The notes under the pieces are model-generated. The model was not told the DNA's origin. It was given only the letters and a program-made list of their open reading frames with translations, and ran no database searches. DNA of 64,000 bases from positions 1,240,001 through 1,304,000 of the forward strand of contig JBNJNM010000006.1 in NCBI GenBank assembly GCA_052426225.1, in the 5' to 3' direction. Source of the stretch: Zancudomyces culisetae HAW-14-8. Lineage: Eukaryota > Fungi > Kickxellomycota. Of the stretch, positions 50,921 through 62,439 are shown piece after piece. The position numbers and the translations under genes are program-made. Every line of letters begins with the position of its first letter. Position 1 is the stretch's first letter.

Positions 50921-51324
50921 TGTAATATTATTTTAAATATCTTTGCCTTTTTAGGGGCCTTGTACTCAACTCCGAACTCTATCGCACTTGTATAGTTTTT
51001 ATCCTACACCCTTGCTAATAGTTCGTTTTATGAAGTTAGTACTCTTGTAATTTTGTATCTCGTATTTTTCTTTTATTTCCTTTTCTTCTTCAAAACGGTG
51101 TATAAATTATATATATCTTTTTTTATCTCTAAAACTAATTATATAACTTTTCCTGATAACGACTAACCTGTTATCAAGGATAGAAATTGGATAAAACCCT
51201 CCATAGGGAGAAAAGTCCAATCTCCAATGAATTAAATATGATAAAATAACTATGATAAACTAAATATGATAAATAAACTGCCAATCAAAGCTAGAAGGTA
51301 TGAACTATCATTTATTATATGACA
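50921..51324 (-). mobile_element. Solo LTR H
   Basis: TGT...ACA termini; exact TSD ATCT; strand inferred from a shared motif. Confidence 0.82.
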
Positions 51325-51328
51325 ATCT

Positions 51329-51551
51329 TGTTTTATAATTACATGTTTAACCTCCTACTGAGTAATATATTTACCCAGTATTATACAGGACGGGACTTAT
51401 ATTATTATATATTAGGACTATAATTATTGTGGAAGAAAAAGACAATTTATTAATTAATTCAAAACTAGACTATTTAATGCATAAAATAATACTAATTAAA
51501 TTAACCAATAAAATACAAGAAAATACAGGTATATAATTACACTATATAACA
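51329..51551 (-). mobile_element. Solo LTR of family E, diverged
   Basis: Aligns end to end with 49909..50131 with scattered substitutions. Confidence 0.9.
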
Positions 51552-51553
51552 TC

Positions 51554-51973
51554 TGTTAACTTTCGACTCTTTCTGCTAGTAGTCTTAGTTATTCGTTATT
51601 TAGTTGGTTTATAATTTAATAGAAAAGTTAGTTATCTACTTGTTTTGTTCGAAACTCTAACTAAATATTAAGACTTGTTTATTCTTTTGGTTATTATTCT
51701 TTATTTTTTATTGCAAAAAAGTTGTTATTCCTAAAAGTTGTTCTTCCAAACTATAAATAAAATTTATATATAAACTATTTTTTTTTCCATCTATTTCGTT
51801 ATCTCAATTTTTTTGTGTTATCAATTATTGTTTTGTAATTTCTTGGCTCATTAAAAAACCCAAATTGTTCGGGAAAAAAGAGTCCAATTTTCCCACTAAT
51901 TTTAATATAGTAATTTATCAGAATTGACTATGTCAATTCGTATTTTTTATAATATATAGTTAATTATGAAACA
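51554..51973 (-). mobile_element. Solo LTR I, distantly related to the J LTR
   Basis: tgttaac... terminus and gggaaaaaagagtccaattt motif mirror the J LTR; TSD unresolved. Confidence 0.65.
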
Positions 51974-51978
51974 ATACA

Positions 51979-52438
51979 TGTTAGCGAAACACAGGTTTAC
52001 TTCGCTATATTGATTTTTATATATTAGTTTTGATAGAAATACTATACTAACTACTATGTTTAAAATTGTTTTCACTATAGTAACTATGCTAATATATATA
52101 GACCAAACTTATTTAAACTATAATTATTTGATAATGTAATACTAAATGAATATCTAGCCATATTTATACTTTATAAAGATGAAGATTACTATATTCTTGA
52201 ATATTATTATACTAATTTAATATTAATCCTATTAATTATATATTACATTCAACTGGAGTGTTGCTGTAGAAAAATCAAGAATGAAAAATAAACTAGGCAA
52301 CACATAATATAATATATAACCTATTATAAATAATATCTTATATTAAATGATAAACTAAATATTAATATAAAAGTATATGAATAATTTGATAGTTAAAATT
52401 ATATAATGACTAGTGGTAGCTCTAGCCACTATATAACA
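51979..52438 (-). mobile_element. Solo LTR K (F-related)
   Basis: Reverse complement begins tgttatatagtggctag and shares ttgcctagttt and tttttctacagcaa with the F LTR and 63270..63730. Confidence 0.82.
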
Positions 52439-52440
52439 TT

Positions 52441-52900
52441 TGTAGTATTATATTATTTCGAATACTAGTGAATATTTATTTATTTAAGTTTTATTATATA
52501 TATGAAGTAATAAGATATTTTAAAAATAGTTCGATACTTTTTCTTTAAAAATGAAAAAAGTAGGGGTTTATATAGTTTTCTGTATGTCAACATTGTTTTG
52601 AAATCACTAAAATGTTCTTCTGTTGTTCAAACATGTTTTATTAATTGATGCGTTGTTTATCTTTTCTACCCCTAAATTTCTTATCATGTTAACAGTTTAC
52701 TCAAAACAGCATCGTTACCCCGTGTTAAACACACGTGGTTTGGTGTAATTTATCCGCATGATAAATTACACTGATTTATTTTGAAATATATTATTGCGTT
52801 AATAAAATTAAACGATATTAATATAAGAGTTAAACGAATGTAGAGGAAAACCCCAGTGGGAAAAAGTGTTCATACATATACTATAAAAACTAATACGACA
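52441..52900. mobile_element. Probable solo LTR L
   Basis: tgtagtatta...taatacgaca inverted termini, abutting K and J within 2 bp. Confidence 0.65.
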
Positions 52901-52902
52901 CA

Positions 52903-55900
52903 TGTCGATATTATTTATACTTTATAAAAATAGGGTATGGAAATTGAAGAAATTCAATGGAAATATGTAATCAAAATTATTTTAGAAATTGGACTCTTTT
53001 TTTTTGACAATTTTAGTTAGGTTTTTTTAGTGTGAAATTTCGATAGTAAGCTTTGGTTCATATCTTATCTTTTTAGAAAATAAACACATATACTAAGAGT
53101 TTGCAGTTTATAGCCATTAGTAGATATTTAATAAGATCATTATAACGGATTAAGTGAGCTCATTAATCGAAGACACAAGTAGATTCTACGCCACTTATAT
53201 CCCTAAAAACCAACATAACTATTAAATAAACGGATTTTTTATATAAATATACAAATTCGTTAACAGTGGTGATCCAGCCAGGACATAGGGTCCTTAAGAA
53301 AAAACCTATTATGCAGATTAAAAAATATGAATTCTATAGAGAAATTTAGTGCCGCTACAATCGACGATTCAAAAGAGTGGATCAAAGGATTCAGGCTATT
53401 CTTTAATCTAAACAGATATGACGAGGAGGATAGGATAGATTTACTTCAGTTCTATCTCGGTAATCAAGAAAAATTATGGTATTTGAGAAACAGAAAAAAG
53501 TTTACAAACTGGGAAGAGTTAAAGAAGCTATTTATTGAGAGGTTTGTCAGTAAGACATCAGATCATAAGGCTATAGAGAAGTTGAAGAATATTAACCAGC
53601 AAGATTTTGACTCCACAGACGAGTTCGTTTTTGCTTTGGAATTGGCACTATCTAAGTGCAGTATAAATGAAGAAGCACAAAAAGTAAATTGGTTAATCAG
53701 TGCGGCAAGCCCTAGAAGTCGGTCAAGAATTTTGGAATCTGAATCGCGCGAATGGGACAAAGTAGTTAGTTTAATCACTACTAGTTTCGAACCTTCGGCA
53801 GACAGTCGCAATTCAGACGTGCCACGAGATAGCAATAACAACCAGTATCGCACACAAGGAACAGGAAAGTCTATAAAGGAAATGACGGAGCAAAAAATTG
53901 GTTATAATGAAATGTTATCAAAGATGGAAGAGTGGAGTGTGAATATTCTGACTAAGGTAGAGGAAGTAGTAGAGAAAAAAGTGGACAAGCTACTTAGTGA
54001 AAGGGTTTACCAGCGTCAGCAAAGAACTCCATATTGCACCAACTGTAAGGTTTCAGGCCACTATAGACACCAATGCACTTCCGCTACTCCTAGCAAACCG
54101 GATAATGACCAACCTAAAAAAGAACTTAACACTATTGAAGTTGTTTCCGATAATGAAGTAGATAATGATTTGTATTTGTTACAAAGACCTAAGCCAAATA
54201 AACAGGTAAACAAACCATATTCAAAAAATAAAACACTAGTTGATAAAAAATTACCTGAAGTGAATAAACCTACTTCAGTAAATAAAACAATAAAGTATGT
54301 TAAAATGGAGGAAGATAACGATATAAAAATGAATACAGAGAGTTCAGTGACAAAGCAAGTTGAAAACAGTACAAATAAAAAAGTAAAGTATTGCACTCGA
54401 ATTTCAGAAAACATAACTCCATTCAACATACAAGAGGATTTAAACCAATATTATCCAAAAATCAGTTTAGCACAACTTTTAGACGCATCCCCAACACTCA
54501 GTTCAGAATTAAGTGCTCTGTGCAAAAAGGTTAAAAAACTAGATATAAACGAAATCTGAGTACTCCCTCTGAAAATTAGCAATTGTCGAGTGTTAGTTTC
54601 AGTTTTTAACAGGAAATACTGGGCAGTGGTGGACACAGGTGCCGCGTGCTCAGTGACTACACCAGCTATAGCAGAACAATGGGGTTTGGAGCCAAATGAG
54701 TGGACTAGACAGGTGTTGGTGACAGCTGACGGAAGTAGACATTTGACAGGAGGTGTACTTAATAGAGTCCCTATAGTAATTGGAAATCACACTTTTGAAG
54801 CCGAGTTTATTGTAATGAACCGTAAAGATAATACTTTAATTTTAGGCAACGACTGGCTCTATCGACATCATGCAGTTCTTGATCCTCGTAGTGCGAGCTA
54901 AAAATGAATACTTACTCCGAACTTTTGATAGTACCAATGAAGTCTTTAGCCGAGAAGTCTGAAAGTATTGCGTTAGACTCAGAACTGTACTTACTGTTAA
55001 AGGCAGATGAAGTAATAGACTTGAAGAACGCATTTAGCGATCCACGTTTAACAGAGTTAAAAGAATTAAATAAAGATTTATTTGTTAGTGACATAGGTGA
55101 ATTAACACAAACAGATACAACCGAACATCGAATTGAATTAACGGATAACACACCGATTAAACAACGTCCGTACCGTATACCCCATCATATGTTACAGCTA
55201 GTACGAAACGAATTGACTGAGATGGAAGCGAAAGGAATTATTTCTCACTGTTACTCCGAGTGGTGTTCTCCTGTAGGGACTGTACGCAAGAAAAACGGTA
55301 AACTCAGAATCTGTGCCGATTACAGAAAGTTAAATAATGTCACTAAAAAAGATGCATATCCACCGCCAACTATTGACGACATCTTTATGACTCTTTCAGG
55401 AAATATAATATTCACTAGCCTTGATGCCCTCAGTGGCTTTTGGCAGATAAAAATGGCGGAAAAAGATCGAATGAAAACAGCGTTTGCAATCCCCGGCAGC
55501 GGTAGCTATTGCTCTACGTTATGCCCTTCGGCTTAACCAATAGCCCGGCATCCTTTCAGCATCAATGGAGGTTGCATTGGCTCCAGTTCTGTGGAAAACT
55601 GCTGTTGTGTTTATAGACGACGTCATAATTTATTCTAAATCTATCGAGCAACATTTAGTACATCTACAAGAGGTATTTGATTTATTACGAGAAAATAAAA
55701 TTCAGTTACATGCTGACAAGTGTCAAATAGGTATGAAGAAGATTAGCTACTTAGGACACATGGTATCCGCAGAAGGAATAAGTACAAGCAGCGAAAAAAT
55801 AGTAGCGATAAGGGAAGCTAAAACTCCTACAAACGTAAGAGAGTTGCAGTCGTTTCTGGGTCTAACCGGCTATTATCGGAAGTTTGTCGACAACTATGCG

Positions 55901-58101
55901 TTAAAATCAGCACCCTTAGTTAAGTTGTTAAAGAAGACAGAAGTATGGAACTGGACAAACTTACAGGACGAAGCGGTACAGAAGCTAAAAGATAGTTTGA
56001 GTAGTGCACCTACACTAATGCACCCTAATTGGGATGAAGAGTTTATTCTGACTACCGACGCTTCTATCGAGGGAATCGGTGCTATCTTGTCGCAGAAGGT
56101 CAAAGGCGGTGAAAAACCTATAGGTTATGCTAGCAAAGTTACAAACAAACACGAGCGAAATTATTCGGTCACTCACCTTGAGGGTCTTGCTGTAGTCTGG
56201 GGCGTCAACAAATTCAAACACTATTTATGGGGTAAACATTTTTTAATACGAACAGACCACAAGTCACTAATTAACATATTTAATAGTAAAGAAGTTACCG
56301 GTCGTGTCGCTCGATGGGCGATGATTTTGCGAAATTACAATTATACAATCATACACTGTGAAGGTAAATCGAATCCGGCTGACGCCTTGTCGAGATTAGA
56401 GGCTGTTACAACGTCGGAAGAAACACTTGATATATTTGAATTACATTTTTTATCTTATGAATCTATAAAACACTATTTATTAAACAATACTTATTTGTTC
56501 GAAATGAGCAAAACACAAAAAAACAAAGTCGAAAAAAAAGCAAAAAATTATAAAATTATACAAAACAGTTTATTTAAAATTAGCAAAGGAGTTTGGAAAA
56601 AAGTTTTATTTAACAGCGAAATAGAAGATATAGTAAAACAGGTACACGAAGAAAATCATGAGGGCATAAAAACACCTGGCGGAGAGTTAGCAGAGAGTAT
56701 ACAGGCAACAGACTATTCGAAACAGTGAAAAAAACCGTCAAGGAGTGTCTAACTTGTCAAAGTTATCAAGGGCATCGCACTAAGCGCAACGAGCTACAGC
56801 CTATTTATGTGTACAAACCTTTTAGTATTTTTGGTCTCGATGCTATTGGACCAATAAGTCCAATATCTAAGCATGGCAATCGTTTTATACTTACTGGTAT
56901 CGACTATTTCACGAAGTGGCCTGTCGCGGAGGCAGTACAAAACATCCAGTCAGACACTATAATAAACTTTATTATCACTCATATAGTTAAAGATTTTGGT
57001 ACACCAGATCAGATTATCACTGACAGAGGTGCTGGCTTTATTAGTGAAGCTGCGGACAACTTTTATAAATATTTAGGTATACGACACACACCGACAACTT
57101 CCTACCGACCGCAAAGTAATGGTCAGGTAGAACGTCTAAACCAGACCTTAAAAAACATTCTAGCTAGACAGTGCAAGAAGGATAAAGAAAACTGGGACAC
57201 TTACATGTGGAAAAGTCTCTTAGCAATTCGAACAATGCGTAATCGCAGTACAGGCTATAGTCCCGCTGAACTTCTTTACGGTGTTAAAATCACTACACCG
57301 GCAGTATGGTCTCCTCCAGCTGAGCCGAGCGATCTTGACTCCGCTATACAGGAAAGAATCGAAGCTATCGGAACAAATATACCGGAACTAAGAAATATAG
57401 GGTTATCTCGCAGTGTTAAAGCTAAGCAGATTATGAAATCACATTATGACAAAAACAGTACAAATTTCAAATTTAAAGTAGATGAGATGGTTATGAAGCT
57501 TGTAGAACACGTCACAGACAAGTTTCAAGAAGTATGGGAGGGCCCATACAAGATAGTACAAAAATTAAATTTTGGAGCTTACACAATCATGGATTCGGAT
57601 GGCAATCGCGACATCGTCAATGGAGATTCCCTAAAGCAATTTCACCATAGTAGCCATATGGTACCGGAAGTAAATCAATCTTTGAAGTCTAAATTAAGAA
57701 GATTTAAAAACCCACTAAGTCCAATTTGGAGTATGGGTTATGTCGAATAATATTTTATCTTTATAAAAATAGTGTATGGAAATTGAAGAAATTCAATGGA
57801 AATACGTAATCAAATATTTTAGAAATTGGACTCATTTTTCCTTGGCAAATTTTTTTATGTTTTTTTAGTGTGAAATTTCGATAGTAAGTTTTGGTTCTTA
57901 TCTTATCTTTTTAGAAAATAAACACATAACTAAGAGTTTGCAGTATTTAGCCAATAGTAGATAGTTTTAAGAACAATATAACGGTTTAAGTGAGCCCATT
58001 AATCGAAGACACAAGTAGATTCTACGCCACTTATATCCCTAAAAACCAACATAACTATTAAATAAACGGATTTAATATATAAACATACAAATTCGTTAAC
58101 A
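52903..58101 (+). mobile_element. Ty3/gypsy LTR retrotransposon J, older and defective
   Basis: LTRs 52903..53265 and 57741..58101 clearly diverged; PBS 53267..53284 complementary to tRNA-Arg(ACG); no matching TSD. Confidence 0.94.
53327..57750 (+). pseudogene. gag-pol of element J in five fragments
   Basis: Gag with CTNCKVSGHYRHQC, VVDTGA, FIDD, TDAS, integrase DDE and WEGPY; in-frame TGA at 54557 and several frameshifts. Confidence 0.92.
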
Positions 58102-58624
58102 AGCCAATTGTGTCGAGATATTAGATCCGGGTATGACAGCATAGCAACGTGTATTGGATCAGATTACACGTTGCTGAACAATTACATTGTTCATCCAAGA
58201 AACGTTGAGATATGTATGAATGATTTTTAACAACACATTCATACACCAACGTTTCAACGCAAACATTAATAATATGTTTAGTTGAATGAAATGAAAACTT
58301 ATTATTATTATGCGAACATCCAGATACAATTATGTGTGTGTACCAATCTTTATTATAATCGAAAATTCTTTCCTAGATACTATTTTTATCGATTAATCCA
58401 TTACCTTAAAATTTGGTAAAAAATTAAATCGATAAAAAGAGTGTTTAAATTTAGAAACTTTATACGTAATGATGTGTGTAATGACAGACATCACTGTATA
58501 ATTTTTATAAAATAAGTAAAACTAACTAAATAAAATAAATTTAAACCATATATAAACTGATGTCCCCTGTTTCCTGATGAATCTTTACCATCGTTGAGCT
58601 AGGTATGGGTGGGAATTGGGTGGG

Positions 58625-58721
58625 ACATAATTGTATCTGGATGTTCGCATAATAATAATAAGTTTTCATTTCATTCAACTAAACATATTATTATGCTTCA
58701 CTTATCCAGATACAATTATGT
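58625..58721. repeat. DIRS internal complementary region (ICR)
   Basis: First part is the reverse complement of the left terminus (~58268..58335), second part of the right terminus (62774..62805). Confidence 0.92.
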
Positions 58722-61700
58722 AGCTTCAGAGTTCAAGATAAATTGAGTTAAATTTTCACGAGTTCTACGTGATAATTGATAATAAGTATCAAATATACCT
58801 TTACTTGCTCAAAATCCTTGTGCAATAACATCGTCGTATGTCGCACCTAGCTTTGTAGCTCTAGTAGATCCTAATGCTCGAGCTTTTGGTAACTTTGCGC
58901 TTTCAGGCAACTGCAAGAGTGACATCAATGAATTAATATGTTTACTGATTCGTTGTGCCCCAATGTGTTTGTCTTTATACTTTAAGTTGCGGATAAGGTA
59001 GTGCAATTGTACTCCATCGAGGATCGGATGGTTTGCAACACTCGGAAAAGTTGCAATGCGTTTTTTATATGCTCTGTATGTTACTACAGAACATAATTTA
59101 TAGTCGCTATGTGCGTGGATTATACTGACCTTTTCAATCGGATTTCCACTTCGCTTTTCTTTTGGTCCAACAATAACAAATTTAACATAATCTTTATTGA
59201 TTTCCGTCTTTGTATCATCGATTCGTTCAATGTCAGAAGGTCTCAAAAATCCACAAATTGCTAGCAACCAACAAAATTTAATTGTTAAATTTTGCTTGCT
59301 CATTTTAAAATTTGAACCAAAATTTTTAATATGTTCGATAATCGGATTAATATCGTAGTTAGGGTTGTTAAAAGATCGAACTGAAGTTGAATCGAGCTGT
59401 TTTAAATAATCAATCATCAAAATATCGCTGCTAAATGTTCGCCATTCTGCATTAATATCGATGATAGCAGACTTGTAGTTTTTTATAGTACCAACTTTTA
59501 AATTGTTACTAATACGATGTTCATCAAAGAAATTGATAACATCAACAACTGAAACGTTATTAATATCAAGTTTTGCAGACTCTAACCACTTAATAAACTT
59601 TACCTTGATGTTGTAATATTGTTTATGTTTTGCCATATTTCGTTTACCAGTTGTCATTAACGTGATAACTGAATCTTTTAAACCCGTTTTTTCAAGGCGT
59701 GCGCGCTTAATTTCCAGGCCGTAAGCGACCATGTTTTGTTTATCTGTGTCACTTGCTTTCCGCTTTTTGGATCCGGAATTATATGTGGAGCTAATATCTT
59801 GATCGGTGGAGCTATTAGCATGCTCTTGAGGTCTGGATACCATGGTGCTGACCTCCAAAACGGTGTTATCAATGTCGCTGATACTTTGTCCTGTCTGATC
59901 TTCTGTAGTGTTTTCTGTATCAGATTCCATGGTGGACAAAGGTATGGATTCGTCCAAATGCTCCAATGATGATTGAATGCATTCGTTTTCGCTGCTTCTG
60001 GTGTCCATTTCCAACTCACAAATGTTGGTAGTTTGTGGTTGTTGTTGTTGGCAAACATGTCCACATCGTGTGGACCAAACTGTTTCTGTATCTTCTGAAA
60101 CATCTTGTCTGATAGTGACCACTCTGTTTGAGCTGTTAAACGTGATGGTGCATCCGCTGGATTCAGTATTGATGGCACATACTGAATCTGAACCCGAGTG
60201 CCATTGCTGATGCAATGTTTCCAAATTGCTTCCGAAATGTCCATCAGATTCACTGATTTGGTTCCCCCATGCTTCTTGATGTAGCTGATTGAAGTGTTGT
60301 TGTCGCAATATACAACAACACTCTTTCCCTGAACCTGCGGCAGCTTCACTGCATACTGGATTGCTAATAATTCCTTCGCATTGATAGGGAGCTTCATCTG
60401 TTGTCGTGTCCATGTCCCCGTATACTGATTGCTGTCTATCACTATCCCCCAGTGATTGTCGCTTGCATCCGTATATACTTCTATCTCTGGGATCTCCGGA
60501 AGGAAGCATAGACCATTCCATTGCTTCAGATGGTCCCTCCACCACGTCAGATTGTCCAGTGCGGGCTGATTCAGTGTTACTTGTGAACTCCAATCCGTGG
60601 TGCGTTTCAGAGTGTTGTTTTTGAGCTCTAACAACCTCCTGCTCAACAGTCGTCCCGGTCTGAGTGCTATATTCACTGCCTGCGTTTTGCCAATGAATGA
60701 TGCCAGATCCTTCAGTGTTGTACACCCTTTGTGTATCAACCTGGATGCCTCTCTCGCTAAATCTTTGAGTTTCTGTTTGGGTATTTTGAAACTCATCTGA
60801 CGGCTGTTGATGTCCATCCCAAGATGCGTAATACATTGTTTGGGATGTATTGATGACTTTTCCTGGTTGATCAGGAATCCCAGTTTCACCAGTTTCTTGG
60901 AAACCATATTTGTGAACTTTAGACACTCTGTTTTTGTTGATCCTAAGATTAACAAATCGTCTAAGTAGCTCGACATTCGTATCCCGCGAGCTCTGGCCCA
61001 TTTCAGTACTGGTTTTAGTATTTTTGTGAATACTAGTGGGCTTAAAGATAGACCAAATGGGAGCACCCTGTACTGGTAGGTGCGACCGCCCCATGTAAAC
61101 CTGAGATACTTTCTGGACGTTTTGTTGATCAATACGTGTAGAAATGCATCGCTGAGGTCTATGCTGGTCATATAATCCCCTTTGCGGATCATTCTGGAGA
61201 TAGTTGTGAGCGACTCCATCTTGAAATGTCGCTGTGGGATGTACTGATTTAAAGGTCTTAAATTCAGTACCATCCGCGTGCCTCCGTTCTTCTTTGGGAT
61301 TGTAAACGGATTTGAGTAGAACCCTGGCTGCGCGGATGAAGCTTCCTCTATTGCTTTCTTTGACAGGAGGTTTGCTATCTCCTGTTCGACCACTTTTTCT
61401 GGAAGCTTTTTCAAGTTGTAACCGAACGGTTTTTTCTGCTTGACCGTCGGTGGATGCGTTTTGAAGGGGATTCTGAACCCTTCTGAGATCACTTGGAGTA
61501 TCCATTTGTGATCTGTGAGGCGCATCCAAGCCTCCTGGAACATCCTCAGTCTCCCTCCTACTTTCGGTGTTTGCTGCTGTTTGCAAACCGAAAATTACCG
61601 CCAGTAGCAGCGGATTTGTGTTGTCGTTGTTGTTGGATCTGCTGCGGCTCTGCTTGAACATTCTGGTTAACTGATGGCTGAAACGGAATGCTTGGGAAGG

Positions 61701-62429
61701 TCCTGGTTGCGTTGAATCTTGGTCTTCTCTGCTGCACATTTTTTGTTGCACGCTGCAATGTATTTGCAGCTGCTTTAACTTCGAGCATCTGCTGTATGTC
61801 CACGAGAGGCTTCCTTGATGTTGAAACCATTTCTGGAGGATCTGATGGTACTCCTGAGGCTTTGTACGACAGTTTGATTCTTTGTTGCGTGATATTGGAT
61901 GCAACATCCGCAAGTAAAACTCTGATTGAGTTGATAAAAACTGCAAGTTTTTCGGCACTGACTGCACCTCCGTCACGGATTGCTTCGTGCATGAAGTAAT
62001 CCAAAGGTCTTGTAACGGCTGATAAACGGTACTGGATGTCATATAACATCGCATCAGTACGTTTATTGTCACCTGATAACTTGATGTTTTCCTCTGGTGG
62101 TTCATAATCCATGCCAGAGTTTCTTGGGATGGCTGCGTAAAACTTCTTGCGTTCGACATCTGCCAGTGGTGTCCAAAAGAAATCCTGTTCAACTGTTGGT
62201 AGCGCCTTTTGCAGTTTTGGATACATGACCAGGTCTGATGGTGTTGGTCTGGCAACCACGAAGTTTTCAACTGAATCATCGTCGACTGCATCAACGATTG
62301 ATGGAGCAGTGATGTTTGCTGAATCACTGATTTCTGATACTGACATGTGATCATTTGGTGCGGTTTGTTTTTCAAGAGCTGATAATCTCTCCAAAATCTG
62401 TTGCAAAACTTCAACTGTAACGTTTGCAT
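58716..62429 (-). pseudogene. DIRS tyrosine recombinase ORF with premature TGA at 58809-11
   Basis: GFLRPSD and ARALGST motifs; the frame continues after the stop (QGF*ASKGIFDTYYQLSR) to TAA at 58716. Confidence 0.88.
59678..61543 (-). CDS. DIRS RT-RNase H-adenine methyltransferase-like ORF
   Basis: LPFGL, YLDD, YTDAS, INAKEL, NPADAPSR, DVDMFA...CPPW. Confidence 0.93.
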   Translation of the reverse strand: MFQEAWMRLTDHKWILQVISEGFRIPFKTHPPTVKQKKPFGYNLKKLPEKVVEQEIANLLSKKAIEEASSAQPGFYSNPFTIPKKNGGTRMVLNLRPLNQYIPQRHFKMESLTTISRMIRKGDYMTSIDLSDAFLHVLINKTSRKYLRFTWGGRTYQYRVLPFGLSLSPLVFTKILKPVLKWARARGIRMSSYLDDLLILGSTKTECLKFTNMVSKKLVKLGFLINQEKSSIHPKQCITHLGMDINSRQMSFKIPKQKLKDLAREASRLIHKGCTTLKDLASFIGKTQAVNIALRPGRLLSRRLLELKNNTLKRTTDWSSQVTLNQPALDNLTWWRDHLKQWNGLCFLPEIPEIEVYTDASDNHWGIVIDSNQYTGTWTRQQMKLPINAKELLAIQYAVKLPQVQGKSVVVYCDNNTSISYIKKHGGTKSVNLMDISEAIWKHCISNGTRVQIQYVPSILNPADAPSRLTAQTEWSLSDKMFQKIQKQFGPHDVDMFANNNNHKLPTFVSWKWTPEAAKTNAFNHHWSIWTNPYLCPPWNLIQKTLQKIRQDKVSATLITPFWRSAPWYPDLKSMLIAPPIKILAPHIIPDPKSGKQVTQINKTWSLTAWKLSAHALKKRV

Positions 62430-62439
62430 TTTGACTCAT
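61558..62439 (-). CDS. DIRS ORF1 (Gag-like)
   Basis: 293-aa first ORF after the ITR, directly upstream of RT. Confidence 0.82.
   Translation of the reverse strand: MSQNANVTVEVLQQILERLSALEKQTAPNDHMSVSEISDSANITAPSIVDAVDDDSVENFVVARPTPSDLVMYPKLQKALPTVEQDFFWTPLADVERKKFYAAIPRNSGMDYEPPEENIKLSGDNKRTDAMLYDIQYRLSAVTRPLDYFMHEAIRDGGAVSAEKLAVFINSIRVLLADVASNITQQRIKLSYKASGVPSDPPEMVSTSRKPLVDIQQMLEVKAAANTLQRATKNVQQRRPRFNATRTFPSIPFQPSVNQNVQAEPQQIQQQRQHKSAATGGNFRFANSSKHRK

Noticed and set aside
11449-58811. Many single in-frame stops (11449, 34661, 35699, 39783, 54557, 58809) suggesting an alternative genetic code or programmed readthrough
   Set aside because: All three stop types occur, at non-equivalent positions and alongside frameshifts; intact genes need no recoding. 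Ordinary decay explains them
59678-60100. Adenine methyltransferase-like domain as a novel cargo
   Set aside because: A standard domain of many DIRS elements
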